Positions 14,008 to 26,887 of a DNA stretch of 64,000 bases are shown here, piece after piece. How positions within the stretch are numbered: position 1 is the first letter of the stretch; each line of letters begins with the position of its first letter. Below the pieces are notes generated by a model. That model worked only from the letters and a program-made list of their open reading frames with translations. It had not been told where the DNA came from and did no database searches. Source of the DNA: Squalus acanthias. Taxonomy: Eukaryota. Made by a program: the position numbers and the translations under genes. The stretch lies in NCBI GenBank assembly GCA_030390025.1, contig CM059432.1:70062001-70126000 (forward strand). Direction: 5' to 3'.

Positions 14008-14150
14008 ACACAATAGCAAAATACTGCAGATGCTGGAAATCCGAAATAACAACAGAAAACGCTGGAAAAACTCAGCAGGCCAGGCAGCATCCATGGAGAG
14101 AGAAACAGAGTTAACGTTTCAGGTCGAAGACCTTTCGTCAGAACTGGAAA
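14008..14150 (-). mobile_element. Penelope-type terminal-repeat mini-insertion carrying a hammerhead ribozyme motif
   Basis: TSD AACCGCCT (14000-14007, 14151-14158); absent from the paralogous transposase at ~17730. Confidence 0.85.
14109..14145 (-). ncRNA. Minimal type I hammerhead ribozyme motif
   Basis: Minus strand AGTT-CTGACGA-A-AGGTC(TTC)GACCT-GAAA-CG-TT-AACT: core, stem I, stem II and palindromic stem III. Confidence 0.8.
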
Positions 14151-16519
14151 AACCGCCTGTTCGGTTGGCTTTGCAAATATGGCAGGCATGCCAATGGTGC
14201 AGGGCGTCATAGACTGCACACATGTAGCCCTTAGGGCACCCCATCACAACCCAGCTATCTTTGTCAACCGAAAGGGCTTCCCCTCCCTCAACGTACAGCT
14301 GGTGTGTAATCACAAGAAGGAGATTTTGCATGTTTGCGCCAAGTTCTGTGGTAGTTGCCATGACTCTTTCATCCTGCGGCACTCTAGTGTTCCTCCGCTT
14401 TTCAATCTGCCAAACCAACTTAACGGATGGCTCCTTGGTGACAAAGGCTATCCCCTGAAGAAGTGGCTAATGACGCCGATCAGGAGGCCAGCTAACGAGG
14501 CTGAAGAGCGCTACAACGCCAACCACACCTCGACCAGGTCCATCATCGAGCAAACCATTGGGTTGTTGAAGATGCGCTTCCGTTGCCTTGACTGATCAGG
14601 TGGAGCCCTGCAGTATACACCATACAGGGTCTCCAGAATGGTCGTGGTCTGCTGTACACTGCACAACATCGCACAGCGTTGTGGCTTGCAGCTTCCTGAT
14701 GAGCAAGTGGCTCAGTTCCAGCCCTCCTCAGATGAGGAGGAGGAGGAGGAGGAGGAGGCTGAGGAGGAGGAGGATCTGGAGGAGGAGGAGCAGGAGGAGG
14801 AGCAGGAGCAGGAGGAGGTCAGAGCACCAGTGTATCAATCAGCAGTAGCAGCAGCACGCGAGCACATGGCTGCCCGGGATGCAAGGGATGAACTTATCAT
14901 GGCCAGATTTGCATAGGTTGCCCAAGTTGGCACATGTCCTTGGCTCCATCCTAAGACATCATTGACAATGGACATGACTCTCTGGCCTTCTTTCACTTAG
15001 GCCACCGACCTGACAACGCAAGTGTGGCAGAGCCCGCAATGTGGAGCTGCCCAAGACGAAAGAACAGATGCCATAACGCCAACATTTTGGCATCAAATCA
15101 TTTTAATGCTTTCCAACAAGGATGGCATTTCATCAATACACAGAAACATTCTCCCAATCTGCACACAGATCTGGATGTTATATCCCTTGCCAGCTGTACC
15201 CACACAGCCTTGGTTTCTTTGGGAGGCCTCTTCCTCCCAGATGAGTGGAAGAGCACCTCCCTGCTAGCTCTCAAACAACATTTGCAATGCCACATCCGAG
15301 TGCCTCGGGGAGGCCCTTGCCTTGGAATTGGACATAGTGGTTTCTCAGAATATGTTGCAGGTGGTGCAGCATAGGCAGGAATCCTGCGAAATGAGCCAAG
15401 GCAGCAAGAAGCTATAAAATCAGACTGGAAAAGTGATGTCAGCAGAGGCGAGTTTCAGTCCCAAAACATTAATTGACAAAGGGCATCCCACACCTCTGAA
15501 ATCAAGTGGCCAATCATGGGAAAATCGCAAATTTGTGAAAACTATCAGTGGAGGCGGGTTTCAAACCCACCCAAACCGAAACCCACCTCCAGTGAGAAAA
15601 TCGCCCCCATGGTGTCAAATTATTCAGGCAAACATGGCTGGCACCTGCAACCTCCTTGGAAAGGTATTTCAAGCTATTTCTACTATCGTAGGATTATTGG
15701 CAATTAAAGTGATTGACACTCATGCCCTTAGATAGTAATGTGACACAATTGGCAATGATCCTCATTGTTCACCTTTCTTTTCTTCAAATCAGACACCTTC
15801 TTTTGCATGTCATTCTGATTACGGATAGAGGACTGACATCCCACAACTATTTGACCCTACATTTGTCCTTCCAACCTGTCGAGGATATTTCTCCAGGTTG
15901 ACTGCATCATTTTTATGCCTTAATCCCTTCATCATTGCTCCGATTTTCACACCCACAGTTGGCTTGACTCACAGAGCATTATTTATAGCACTTATGTGCT
16001 TATTATCAGCACCATTATTGCAGCTTTTTTCTGATTGTCTGCTCAGTTGTGCATTCGTTGTAACTCTTCAAGAATGTACTAAGAATAAATTTGTGGGTGC
16101 CTGAATTACCTTAAAAAAATAATTAACTCATTCATGCACAATCAGTGCACAAAGAACATATAAACCCTTGCAAGAGCATCCTATATGGCGCATTTTCCAC
16201 TTCCTAAACTACCAATCTTTCCAGTGTGTCTGAGTGAGATTGCCAAATTTGAAACAATTACTGTCACACTGGGGGAATTTTGTGCTGTTGGCCTAACCCC
16301 ACTAGAAATTGAATTGAGACTGCTGAAACTCCTCTCACACTGGATCGCTGCAATCAGCAGAAAGAGGGGGCTTTTATCCCATCTCTTGGGAGAGCTAATG
16401 ACTGCAAATGATAATGCAACCATTCCCCAGCCTCCAGAAGAGGAGGGGAGAAAACTAAAACAACAACATTTGAACCCAGATTCCAAAGGCAAATGTCTAA
16501 CCCTTTGAGCTATCTAGTC

Positions 16520-16709
16520 TCCCTTCATGTCAAAACATCACAAAGTACTTTGTGCAGTCAACCTTTGGAGTGATTGTTGTTTTGAAGGCAAACACAGCAG
16601 CCATTCTGCACCAGCAACATCCCACAAACAACAATGAGATAAATAACCAGTTAATTCATTTTTAATATAGTTTTGATCAAAGAAGACAATTCTGTGCTGG
16701 TTTTAAATA
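16520..16709 (-). mobile_element. SacSINE1/DeuSINE-like SINE, 3' half (5' half at 21128-21378)
   Basis: Reverse-complement similarity to 29105-29520; split by a CR1 tail fragment that itself contains the Harbinger element. Confidence 0.7.
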
Positions 16710-17197
16710 CATAGGGCTGGATTTTGCCAGGCCCGAGAAGGCAGGTTTGAAGGCGGGTCAGGTGGGAAAGTTGCCCAGAATGGCGTCGGGCTCCGATCCC
16801 GCCTCCAACCCGCCTCTGAGCAACTTTCCCGAATGTGGGCTTTCAGAGGCACTTAACAACCACTTAACTGCCTCTATAATGCCATTTTGAGAGGCCTTTC
16901 TGAGTTTAACACACTTCCCGTGTGCTGCACGTCTCCTTTGGAACACACCAGTTAATCCTGGCGGGCTCACAAGTGGATGGCTTACTAACAGCTGCAGCTC
17001 CACCATAAAAACGGCGTTTTTCACAATGATCATTTGTAGGTGGCAGAACTTTCTTTTCTCAGGTCTGGGAGAACTTTTTGCAGGCCTACTCATTTTGGAA
17101 GTTTTGATGCTGAGATCCATCTCCACTGTGACCTCCTGGGAAACCCCCCTCCCCACCTTGACTGAGCGCTTCCTCAACTGAGGTATGTACCTGCAGC

Positions 17198-18457
17198 ATG
17201 GGAACCATTTATTTCCTTTCCTCCTGGACCTCAGATTTGGATGAAGACCAGCTGCGGCAGCAGCAGAACCCGGAACAACAGCAGCACCAACAGCAGGAGC
17301 AACAACAGGAGCGCCAACCTGCTGCTCACCCACCTGAAGCTGCACAGGCCAGAAGGCGCCAGCGCAGGGAAGCACATCACCGCAGGAGATACCCACAAAA
17401 CAGGGTCTACAGACAGAGGATGAGCTACCTCAACATGACTGAGCAGCAGTGCCAAAGGAGGCTCAGACTTTCGCGAGAGGTAGTGGGCGACATCTGCGCA
17501 ATGCTGCAGCAAGACCTGGAGCCCAGAGGAGCGGGTGGACACCCCTTACCAGTGACCATCAAAGTCACCACCACACTCAACTTTTTTGCTTCAGGCTCAT
17601 TCCAGGGATCTACAGCAGACATCAGCGGCATCTCCCAGGCGGCTGCACACACTTGCATCACGCAGGTAACCGATGTCCTCTTTGCCAACGCGCACAATTA
17701 CATCAACTTCTCCAAGGATCAAGCAAGTGTAACCGCGCGTGCGGTTGGATTTGCTAATCTGGCAGGCTTTCCAAGGGTGCAGGGCGTCGTAGACGGCACA
17801 CATGTAGCCCTTAAGGCACCCCATCACAATCCAGGTATTTTTGTCAACCACAAGGGCTTCCACTCCCTCAACGTGCAGCTGGTGTGTAACCAGAAGAAGG
17901 AAATTTTGCATGTTTGCGCCAAGTACCCTGGCAGTTGCCATGACTCCTTCATCCTGCGCCAATCTAATGTGCCTCCGCTCTTCAGTCCGCCAGACCAACT
18001 TTGCGGATGGCTACTTGGGGACAAGGGCTATCCCCTGAAGACGTGGCTAATGATGCCATTGAGGAGGCCATCCAACGAAGCTGAGGAGCGCTACAACTCC
18101 AGCCACATTTCCACCAAATCCATTATTGAGCAAACCATCGGCTTGCTGAAGATGCGATTCAGATGCCTTGATAGATCAGGTGGAGCCCTGTAGTACTCAG
18201 CAGCCAGGGTCTCCAGAATCGCCGTGGTCTGCTGTGCACTTCACAACATGGCACAGCATCGTGGCTTGCAGCTGCCTGAGGGACAAGTGGCTCATCGCAT
18301 AGCCTCCTCAGATGAGGATGAGGAGGAGGAGGAGGAGGAGGAGGAGGAAAGCGACAACGAACAGCTTGCAGAGGTGCATCAACCAGCGACAGCAGCACGT
18401 GAGAACATTGCTGCCCGGGATGCAAGGGATGCACTGATCTTGGCCAGATTTGCTTAG
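17198..18457 (+). pseudogene. Harbinger DDE transposase, 419 codons with one internal TAG at 18191-18193
   Basis: [39 protein letters not shown] 18224-18457 is in frame; the paralogue has CAG at this codon (14611). Confidence 0.93.
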
Positions 18458-18715
18458 GCTGCCCAATCAAACACATTTGGCTTGCACCTTCTTACCACAC
18501 CATCGACAATGGACAAGAACCTATGGCTTCCTATCACTCTGACCACCATACTGACAATTGCAAGTCGCCCTGAGCCCTCAATGTGGAAGTCCCATTCGTG
18601 AAATGACACAGCCCACAACTTCAACAGTTTGCCATCAAGTCATTTTATAACATTAATTCACAGATGGCATTTCACAATTAAACACAGCAGAACACCCAAG
18701 TGACTACCCTTGTGA

Positions 18716-20691
18716 CTACTTGTGCTTTATCTTCCTCTGACGCATGCTCCTATGTGGAGCTTCCCCTGTGGCTTCAGCAGATGTGGAGGCCCCTTGCTCA
18801 CTTTCATGCTGCTCCTGCCTCGACACCTTTGGCAGGCATCCTCTGGGGTTGCGAGCCTGTGAGGGCTCGCCAACAGTCTGCTGCTCCTGCAGCTGTGCAG
18901 GGGCTGAGACGCCGATCTCAGTTGGGTGAGGACTCTGACCGAGGGCTCTGAGGTGGCATGGTCATGTGAGCGCTTGGAGAGGAGCCCCCACTTCCTTGTT
19001 GTCTGCCACTAACATCCCTCTCATGGGTCAGCCCCACTTCAGAGCTAGCAAGTGGTTTGACAGCACATTGCTGCTCTTCAGGGGGGCCATGAGGACCTGT
19101 TTCTGCACTGGCAGTCCTACTCCAGAGGACTTCCATGAAGCTCTGGTTTCTCTGCTCAATAGCTGACCATCGCTCCTCCAGAGATGTCAGTCTATTCTGA
19201 ACAATGACCATGTTTTCAAGACCCTGGCGACTTAGCTCCTCCATGGACGTAGCCATCCTCTCCTCTACCGTAGCCATCCTTACCACGGAGGTAGCCATCC
19301 TTTCCATGGAGGTTGCCATCCTTTCCGTGGTGATGCATTCATGCGCCAATGCCTCCACAAAGGCTCTGCTCATGTTCGCGATGGACCCCTCCATTCGCTC
19401 CACACTCGCAGCGACCCTGGAGACAAAACCTGCCAGAGACTCCTGCACCTGTTCCTGGAGTTCCAGCACCGCTCTCCTTCTGGATGGACTCGGAGGCACA
19501 GGGTCGACATGCAGCTGAGCCGAGCTGGCAGAGTCCTGCGCCCTCCAACGAGGACTCTCCACTGCTGTCCCTGTCTCCACCATCTGCTGATGCTCACTTG
19601 TGAGCTGTGATACACCAGGTGACAACACTACTCTATGTCCCGAGGGTCCCACCGAGGTGTGAGGGTCTGCGCTGCTGCTGGGTGCGCTTAATTCTGCTGA
19701 CGCTGCGCCCTCAGCGGTTGCAGCTTCCTCTGAGGAGTCTGGTGGCTCAGGCTGTTCCTCCTGGACAGTGGGGAGGGGGGCTGTCGATGGTCCTGTGGGG
19801 GAGTAAAGGAAAGAATTAGACATGTGAGATAAACGTTGCATGCACATTGCATTGTGCAGATGATCATAAGTCAATCTGTTAGAGCATTAGAATCAAGATC
19901 AGTCACTCATGCAATGTCAATGAGAGAGATGAAAAACTATTCTGTCACCAGCTTGCTCTGATGCGCCCGTCTGTCCGTCCCCCACTTGCGCATCCTCCTC
20001 CACTCCCACGATCTCCAGGGCCACCTCCTCTGCACTGGTGAGCTGGGCTATTGAGGGTGACCCTCCTCCTGTCTTCGCCCTTTCCCTCTTATTGTGGGCT
20101 CTCTTTTCCTGCAATAAGGGACACAAGTGGAGTTTGAGTGAGAATGAAGGAGTGAGTGTAGAGAATCCATAGCGTAGATGCTTAGAAGGACAGAAAGATG
20201 GAGTGAGGTCCCAAGACCAAGGGCCCTCCCTGTGTGTTATAAGTTGTTGTCATAGCATAACAGTGATGGGGAGTGTGAGGGCTGCATAGTCGAATAGTTA
20301 AGTGAATGTGTACATAGAGAGAGAGGGAATGGTTAAGGGCGCAGGGATGTAAGGGTCAAGTGGGATGTGGAGGAGGAGGTTGACAATGAAGAGTGCTGGT
20401 GATGAGAGGCGATGGGGAGCAGATTGAGGGTCATGGTGATGTCATACTCACTTTTCCTGTGCGGAGAAGGTCATGAAACCAATTTCTGCACTGCAGCCAG
20501 GTTCTGCTGCACATTGATATGGCTCTGACCTCCTGTCCCACTTGCAGCCACACAGCTTTGGTCTGCTGGGGAGGTTTTTTCCTCCCAGAAGAAGGAAACA
20601 GCACTTCCTTATGAGCTCTTGCGCCCTCCACCAGAGCTTGAAGGGAGTCCTCATCAAAGCGGGGTGCGCACTTGGGTCTTGAGCTTGCCAT
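18716..20691 (-). CDS. Harbinger Myb/SANT-like DNA-binding protein, 3 exons (20691-20452, 20108-19949, 19792-18918; probable frameshifted tail to 18716)
   Basis: Exon 1 APRFDEDSLQALV...W...RTWLQCRNWFHDL; GT-AG junctions with matching phases (0, 1); exon 2 RERAKTGGG; 424 aa to the TGA at 18918. Confidence 0.85.
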
Positions 20692-21127
20692 GTTTGCACC
20701 ACTAATCCCTCAGAAGTCTCAGCAAAAAAGTTGTAAGGCAGAAAATGAACCAAGGCTGCTTGCAGGCCTTAAATGCAGCTGCATAGATGATGTCATCAGA
20801 GGCGAGTTTCAGGACCAAAAGACTCATTGGACCAGGGGATCCCACACGCTGGAAATCAAGTGCCCAATTAGGGCAAAATCGCTCAATTGTCCCGCCTCAC
20901 ATCGGAGGCAGGGGCGGGACCCGCCGACCACCTGACCCGCCCCCAACCCGCCCCCAATGACAAAATCCAGCTCATAGAATTTACACCACAGAAACAGACC
21001 ATTCGGCCCAACAGGTCTATGCTGGTGTTTATGTTCCACGCAAGCCTCCTCCCACCCCTCTTCATCTAACACTATCAGTATAACCTTCTATTCCTTTCTG
21101 CCTCATATGTTTATCTAGCTTCCCTTT

Positions 21128-21378
21128 AATAGTGCCATGGGATCTTTAATGTTCACTTGAATAAGAAGACAGGACACAATTTAATGTTTCCTGGAATAAT
21201 CCTGACAAGTTCCAGTACATGGAGAAGAGTCTAGCTAATGCACCTTGAACAATGCAACACTCCCTCAGAGCTGCACTGGAGTGTCATTTAAATTATGCGC
21301 TCAAGTTCCATTTTGGGACTTGACCTTACAGTCTTCTGACTCAGAGGTGAGAGTGTTACTAACTGAGTCAAAGTGATA
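21128..21378 (-). mobile_element. SacSINE1/DeuSINE-like SINE, 5' half
   Basis: AATAGTGCCATGGGATCTTT...TTCTGACTCAGAGG matches the reverse complement of 29105-29315. Confidence 0.8.
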
Positions 21379-23171
21379 CACTGGTCAATGAGGCACTCTG
21401 GCAATAGTTGTGATATCAATTGGAATATCCAACTAAACTTTGATTTTAAACAGTTCGGTAACAATTTTGCTGTATTGTTTAATTTTAATAATGCAAATTT
21501 AAACATATATGAAAGCCAGTCAGCCCCTCACAGCTGTGCAGTGTTAGCTCCACATCAGAGCCACCTGCGCTAACCGATTTCCCTGTTCGTTCCCCATATT
21601 CTTTAAACTTTTCATCTTCAAATGATTATCTATTTCCATATTAAATGCAATGATTGACTTGGCTTCAATAACTAGTTCTTGTAATGCACTCCATATTCTA
21701 AATACCCTTGTATGAAAAAAAATCTTCTAACCTCCCTTTTATGCTTCTAATATTAATCCGAAATATGTGCCCTTTTGTTACTGGTTCACTGGCCAGTGAA
21801 AACAATCTTTCGCTATTTACCCTCTCTAATCCTCTCAAAACTTTGAACAACTCTATTAGTTCTTCCCCTTAACAACTCTCTCACCATAACTATAACCTCT
21901 CAGGGTACCAGGGGGTATTATCCTAATAAATTACCGTTGCACTTTTCCCATGGCTCCAATATCCCTTCTACAATAGGGTTCCAAAAATGCATGCAGTACT
22001 TCAACTGTGACCAAATCAATAGCTGATACAAATTCATCATCATTCAGTGACCCCACATATAAAACCCAAAAACCCATTTGCCCCTTTTATGGCTTTTTCT
22101 GCCATTAAAATCATTGTTTCTGTACTTCTTAATCTCTCTGTTCCTGAACTCTTACTAAGAATTTAACTATTTAGGTTGTATTTCCATTCCCTTTTTCCAA
22201 AATGAACGGCTGCAGGGCATTCTGAAGGGGGAGGGCGAACAGTCAGAGGTCGTGGCTCACATTGGTACCAACGACATAGGTAGAAAGAGGGATGAGGTCC
22301 TGCAACAAGAATTTAGGGAGCTAGGTAGCAGACTAAAAAGCAGGACCTCAAAGGTTGTAATCTCTGGATTACTCCCGGTGCCACGTGCTAGTGAGTATAG
22401 GAATAGGAGGATAGAGCAGATGAATGCGTGGCTAAAGTGTTGGTGCAGGAGGGAGGGCTTTAGTTTCCTGGATCACTGGGTTTGTTTCTGGGGAAGGTGG
22501 GACCTGTACAAGTCGGATGGGTTGCACCTGAACCGGAACAGGACCAACATCCTTGCGGGGAGGTTTTCTAGTGCCGTTGCGGGGGGTTTAAACTAACTTG
22601 GCAGGGGGATGGGATACAGAGTGGAGCTATAGTAGGGGGTGATGCACAGCCAAATATAGAGGAAAAAGCAAATCAGTCTGGAAGGCAGAGCAAATATGTA
22701 ACTGCACAAGGGAGTATGGCAAGGCTGGTGGCATTTATTTTAATGCAAGGAGTCTTGCGAGTAAGGCAGATGAATTGAAGGTGTTGATGAACACATGAGA
22801 GTATGATATTGTTGCTATCACAGAGACATGGTTGAGGGAGGGGCAGGACTGGCAGCTCAATATTCCGGGGTATAGAATCTTCAGGCGAGACGGAGGGGGG
22901 TGTAAAAGAGGAGGGGGTGTCACAATATTAATCAAGGAGTCAATTACTGCAGTAAGGAGGGATGATATCTTAGCAGGTTCCTCTAATGAGGCCATATGGA
23001 TAGAACTTAAAAACAAAAAGGGGGCAAGCACTTTGCTGGGAGTGTACTATCGGCCCCCAAACAGTCAGAGGGAGATAGAAGAACAGATATGTAGGCAAAT
23101 CTCAGAGAAATGTAGAAATAATAGGGTAATAATAGTAGGGGATTTCAGCTTCCCCAATATTAACTGGGATA

Positions 23172-24120
23172 TCATAGAATCATAGAAGATAGGAGCAGGA
23201 GTAGGCCATTCGGCCCCTCGAGCCTGCTCCGCCATTCAATGAGATCATGGCTGATCATCCAAATTCAGTACCCTGTCCCTGCCTTCTCCCCATATCCCTT
23301 GATCCCTTTAGCCTTAAGAAATATATCTAACTCCTTCTTGAATATATTTAATGAGTTGGCCTCAACTGCCTTCTGTGGCAGAGAATTCCACAGGTTCACC
23401 ACTCTTTGGGTAAAGAAATTCCTCCTCATCTCTGTCCTAAATGGCTTACCCCTTATCCTTAGACTGTGACCCCTGGTTCTGGACTCCCCGGCCATCGGGA
23501 ACATCCTTCCTGCATCTAGTCTGTCTAGTCCTGTTAGAATTTTATAAGTTTCAATGAGATCCCCTCCAGCGAGTATAAGCCCAATCGACCCAATCTCTCC
23601 TCATACGTCATTCCTGCCATCCCAGGTATCAGTCTGGTGAATCTTCGCTGCACTCCCTCCATGGCAAGAACATCCTTCCTCAGATAAGGCGACCAAAACT
23701 GCACACAATACTCAAGATGTGGTCTCACCAAGGCTCTGTACAACTGCAGCAAGACATCCTTGTTCCTGTACTCGAACCCTCTCGCTACGAAGGCCAACAT
23801 ACCATTTGCCTTCTTAACCGCCTGCTGCACCTGCATGCTTACCTTCAGCGACTGGTGCACAAGGACACCCAGGTCTCGTTGCAATTCCCCTTCTCCCAAT
23901 CTATTCCTGTTCAGATAATAATCTGCCTTCCTGTTTTTGCCACCAAAGTGGATAACCTCGCATTTATCCACATTGTACTGCATTTGCCATGCATCTGCCC
24001 AATCACCCAACCTGTCCAAATCATACTGGAGTTTCTCGGCATCCTCTTCACAGCACACATGCCCACCTAGCTTTGTGTCGTCTGCAAACTTGGAGATATT
24101 ACATCTAGTTCCCTCGTCTA
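23172..24120 (-). mobile_element. 5'-truncated CR1 nested in CR1 ORF2
   Basis: ORFs 23534-24058(-), 23265-23504(-); tail (TCATAGAA)2; GATA duplicated at 23168 and 24121. Confidence 0.93.
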
Positions 24121-24983
24121 GATAGTCACAGTGTGAAAGGCTTAGAGGGTGCGGAATTCTTAAAGTGCATCTAGGAGAGCTTTTTGAGCCAGTATGTAGA
24201 AAGTCCTACAAGAGAGGGCGCAGTACTGGACCTAATTCTAGGGAATGTAGCCGGGCAAGTGGTAGAAGTGTCAGTAGGAGAGCATTTTGGTGACTGTGAC
24301 CATAATTCGGTGAGATTTAAGGTAGTCATGGAAAAGGACAAAGATGGACCGGAAATAAAGGTTCTAAATTGGGGGAAGGCCGATTTTAATATGATAAAGC
24401 AGGATCTGGCCAAAGTGGACTGGGATCAGCTACTTGTAGGAAAATCCACATCAGAGCAGTGGGAGTCATTCAGAAAGGAAATAGAGAGAGTACAGCGCCA
24501 ACATGTTCCCGTAAAGGTCAAGGGTGGGACCAGCAAGTCCAGGGAACCCTGGATGTCAAGGGATATATAAGAATGGATTCGGAAAAAAAGGGAGGCTTTT
24601 GGCAGATACAAAGGACTAAAAACAGTGGAAGTCCTTGAGGAGTATAGAAAGTGCAGGGGGGTACTTAAAAAAGAAATTAGGAGAGCGAAGAGGGGGCATG
24701 AAAAAACACTGGCGGACAAAATAAAGGAAAATCCCAAGGTGTTTTATAAGTATATTAAGAGCAAGAGGATAACCAGGGAAAGAGTAGGGCCCATTAGGGA
24801 CCAAAGTGGCAATCTGTGTGTAGAGCCAAAAGATGTAGGTGAGGTTTTAAATTAATATTTTGCATCTGTGTTCACTATGGAGAAGGGCGATGTAGGCATA
24901 GAAATCAGGCAGGGGATTGTGATATACTTGAACAAATTAGCATTGAGAGGGAGGAGGTACTAGCGGTTTTAGCGGGCTTAAAA

Positions 24984-26474
24984 GTGGATAAATCCCCAGG
25001 CCCAGACGAGAGGTATCCCAGGCTGCTGTGTGAGGCAAGAGAGGAGATTGCAGGGGCTCTGACACAAATTTTCAGAACCTCTCTGGCCACAGGGGAGGTG
25101 CCAGAGGACTGGAGGACAGCTAACGTTGTACCATTATTCAAGAAGGGTAGTAGGGATAAACCAGGGAATTACAGGCCAGTGAGCCTAACATCAGTGGTAG
25201 GGAAATTATTGGAAAAAATTCTGAGGGACAGAATTAGTCTCCACTTGGAGAGGCAAGGATTAATCAAGGATAGTCAGCATGGCTTTGTCAGGGGGAGATC
25301 ATGTCTAACCAATTTGATTGAATTTTTCGAGGGGGTGACTAGGTGTGTGGATGAGGGTAGTGCAGTTGATGTAGTCTACATGGACTTCAGTAAGGCTTTT
25401 GACAAAGTCCCGCATGGGAGACTGGTCAAGAAGGTAAGAGCCCATGGGATCCAGGGCAATTTGGTACATTGGATCCAAAATTGGCTTAGTGGCAGGAGGC
25501 AGAGGGTGATGGTCGAAGGTTGTTTTTGTGACTGGAAGCCTGTGTCCAGTGGTGTACCGCAGGGATCGGTGCTGGGCCCCTTCCTGTTTGTAGTATACAT
25601 TAATGATTTAGATATGAATGTAGGAGGTATGATCAGTAAGTTCGCAGATGACACGAAAATTGGTGGAATGGTAAATAGCGAGGAGGGAAGCCTCAGGCTA
25701 CAGGACGATATAGACGGGTTGGTCAGATGGGCAGAACAGTGGCAAATGGAATTTAACCCTGAAAAGTGTGAGGTGATGCATTTTGGGAGGACTAACAAGG
25801 CAAGGGAATACACAATGAATGGTAGGACCCTAGGAAGGACAGAGGATCAGAGGGACCTTGGTGTGCATGTACATAGATCCCTGAAGGCAGCAGGACAGGT
25901 AGATAAGGTGGTTAAGAAGGCATATGGGATACTTGCCTTCATTAGCCGAGGCATAGAATATAAGAGCAGGGAGGTTATGATGGAGCTGTACAAAACGCTA
26001 GTTAGGCCACAGCTGGAATACTGTGTGCAGTTCTGGTTGCCATACTATAGGAAGGATGTGATTGCATTGGAGAAGGTGCAGAGGAGATTCACCTGGATGT
26101 TACCTGGGCTGGAGCGTTTCAGCTATGAAGAGAGACTGGACAGGCTGGGGTTGTTTTCCTTAGAGCAGAGAAGGCTGAGGGAGGACCTGATTGAGGTGTA
26201 CAAAATTATGAGGGGCATAGATAGGGTAGATAGAAAGGAACTTTTCCCCTTAGTAGAGGGGTCAATAACCAGGGGGCATAGTTTCAAGGTAAGGGGCAGG
26301 AGGTTTAGAGGGGATTGGAGAAAAAACTTTTTCACCCAGAGAGTGGTTGGAATCTGGAACTCACTGCCTGAAAGGGTGGTAGTGGCAGGAACTCTCACAA
26401 CATTCAAGAAGCATTTAGATGAGCACTTGAAATGCCATAGCATACAAGGGTACGGACCAAGTGCTGGAAAATGA
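24984..26474 (+). pseudogene. CR1 ORF2 reverse transcriptase region, 496 aa open (upstream ORF2 disrupted)
   Basis: [35 protein letters not shown] motifs. Confidence 0.93.
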
Positions 26475-26887
26475 GATTAGAATAGATAGGGCTTGATGGC
26501 CGGCGCAGACACGATGGGCTGAAGGGCCTCTTTCTGTGCTGTATAACTCTATGACTCTCTGACTCTACTTCATATTTATGTATGGCAAATTGCATTTGTC
26601 ATTTATTTGCCCACTCCCCTAACATGTAGACATCTTCCTGCAGCCTCTTGCACTCTACTTCACAGTTTGCCATGCCCCTTATTTTGGTGTTGGGATCAAA
26701 TTTTGATACGAAGTCCATGTCCAAATCATTTATATATGAAAAACAAAAGAGGTTCCGCTACAGATCCCTGGGGCACAGCACTAGCAAGCTGTTGTCAATA
26801 CAAGAAACATCCATTTACTTCTATTCTCTGCTTTCTATCCTTCAGACAATCCCTCTATCCATGCGACCACTTTACTTTTAATACCAT

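Larger units (their letters stand above)
13503..14916 (+). pseudogene. Harbinger (HARBI1-like) DDE transposase pseudogene
   Basis: Motifs [35 protein letters not shown]; broken by the insertion at 14008-14158 and by TGA at 14593. Confidence 0.93.
12977..15608 (+). mobile_element. Defective Harbinger transposon (disrupted transposase, Myb gene mostly deleted)
   Basis: TIRs GGGGGCGAT / ATCGCCCCC, TSD ATG; transposase 13503-14916; Myb exon 1 remnant ~15130-15330(-). Confidence 0.93.
16714..20973 (+). mobile_element. Near-intact full-length Harbinger/PIF DNA transposon (4260 bp)
   Basis: TIRs GGGCTGGATTTTG / CAAAATCCAGCTC, TSD ATA; convergent transposase and Myb/SANT genes. Confidence 0.95.
22207..26565 (+). 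mobile_element. Long CR1 LINE: ORF1 SGNH-esterase end, ORF2 endonuclease and RT, 3' tail
   Basis: 22252-22596 HIGTNDIG...DGLHLN; 22832-23185 GVYYRPPN...VGDF; 24984-26474 RT; (ATGACTCT)-type tail. Confidence 0.96.

Noticed and set aside
14696..14720. Additional CTGATGA hammerhead-like core
   Set aside because: No stem II followed by GAAA; lies within transposase coding sequence.
16181..16508. Overlapping 100-aa ORFs in unique sequence
   Set aside because: No domain or splice support; consistent with chance.
17198..18457. Host HARBI1 gene
   Set aside because: Bounded by TIRs and a TSD, paired with a Myb gene, has paralogues in the window and a premature stop.
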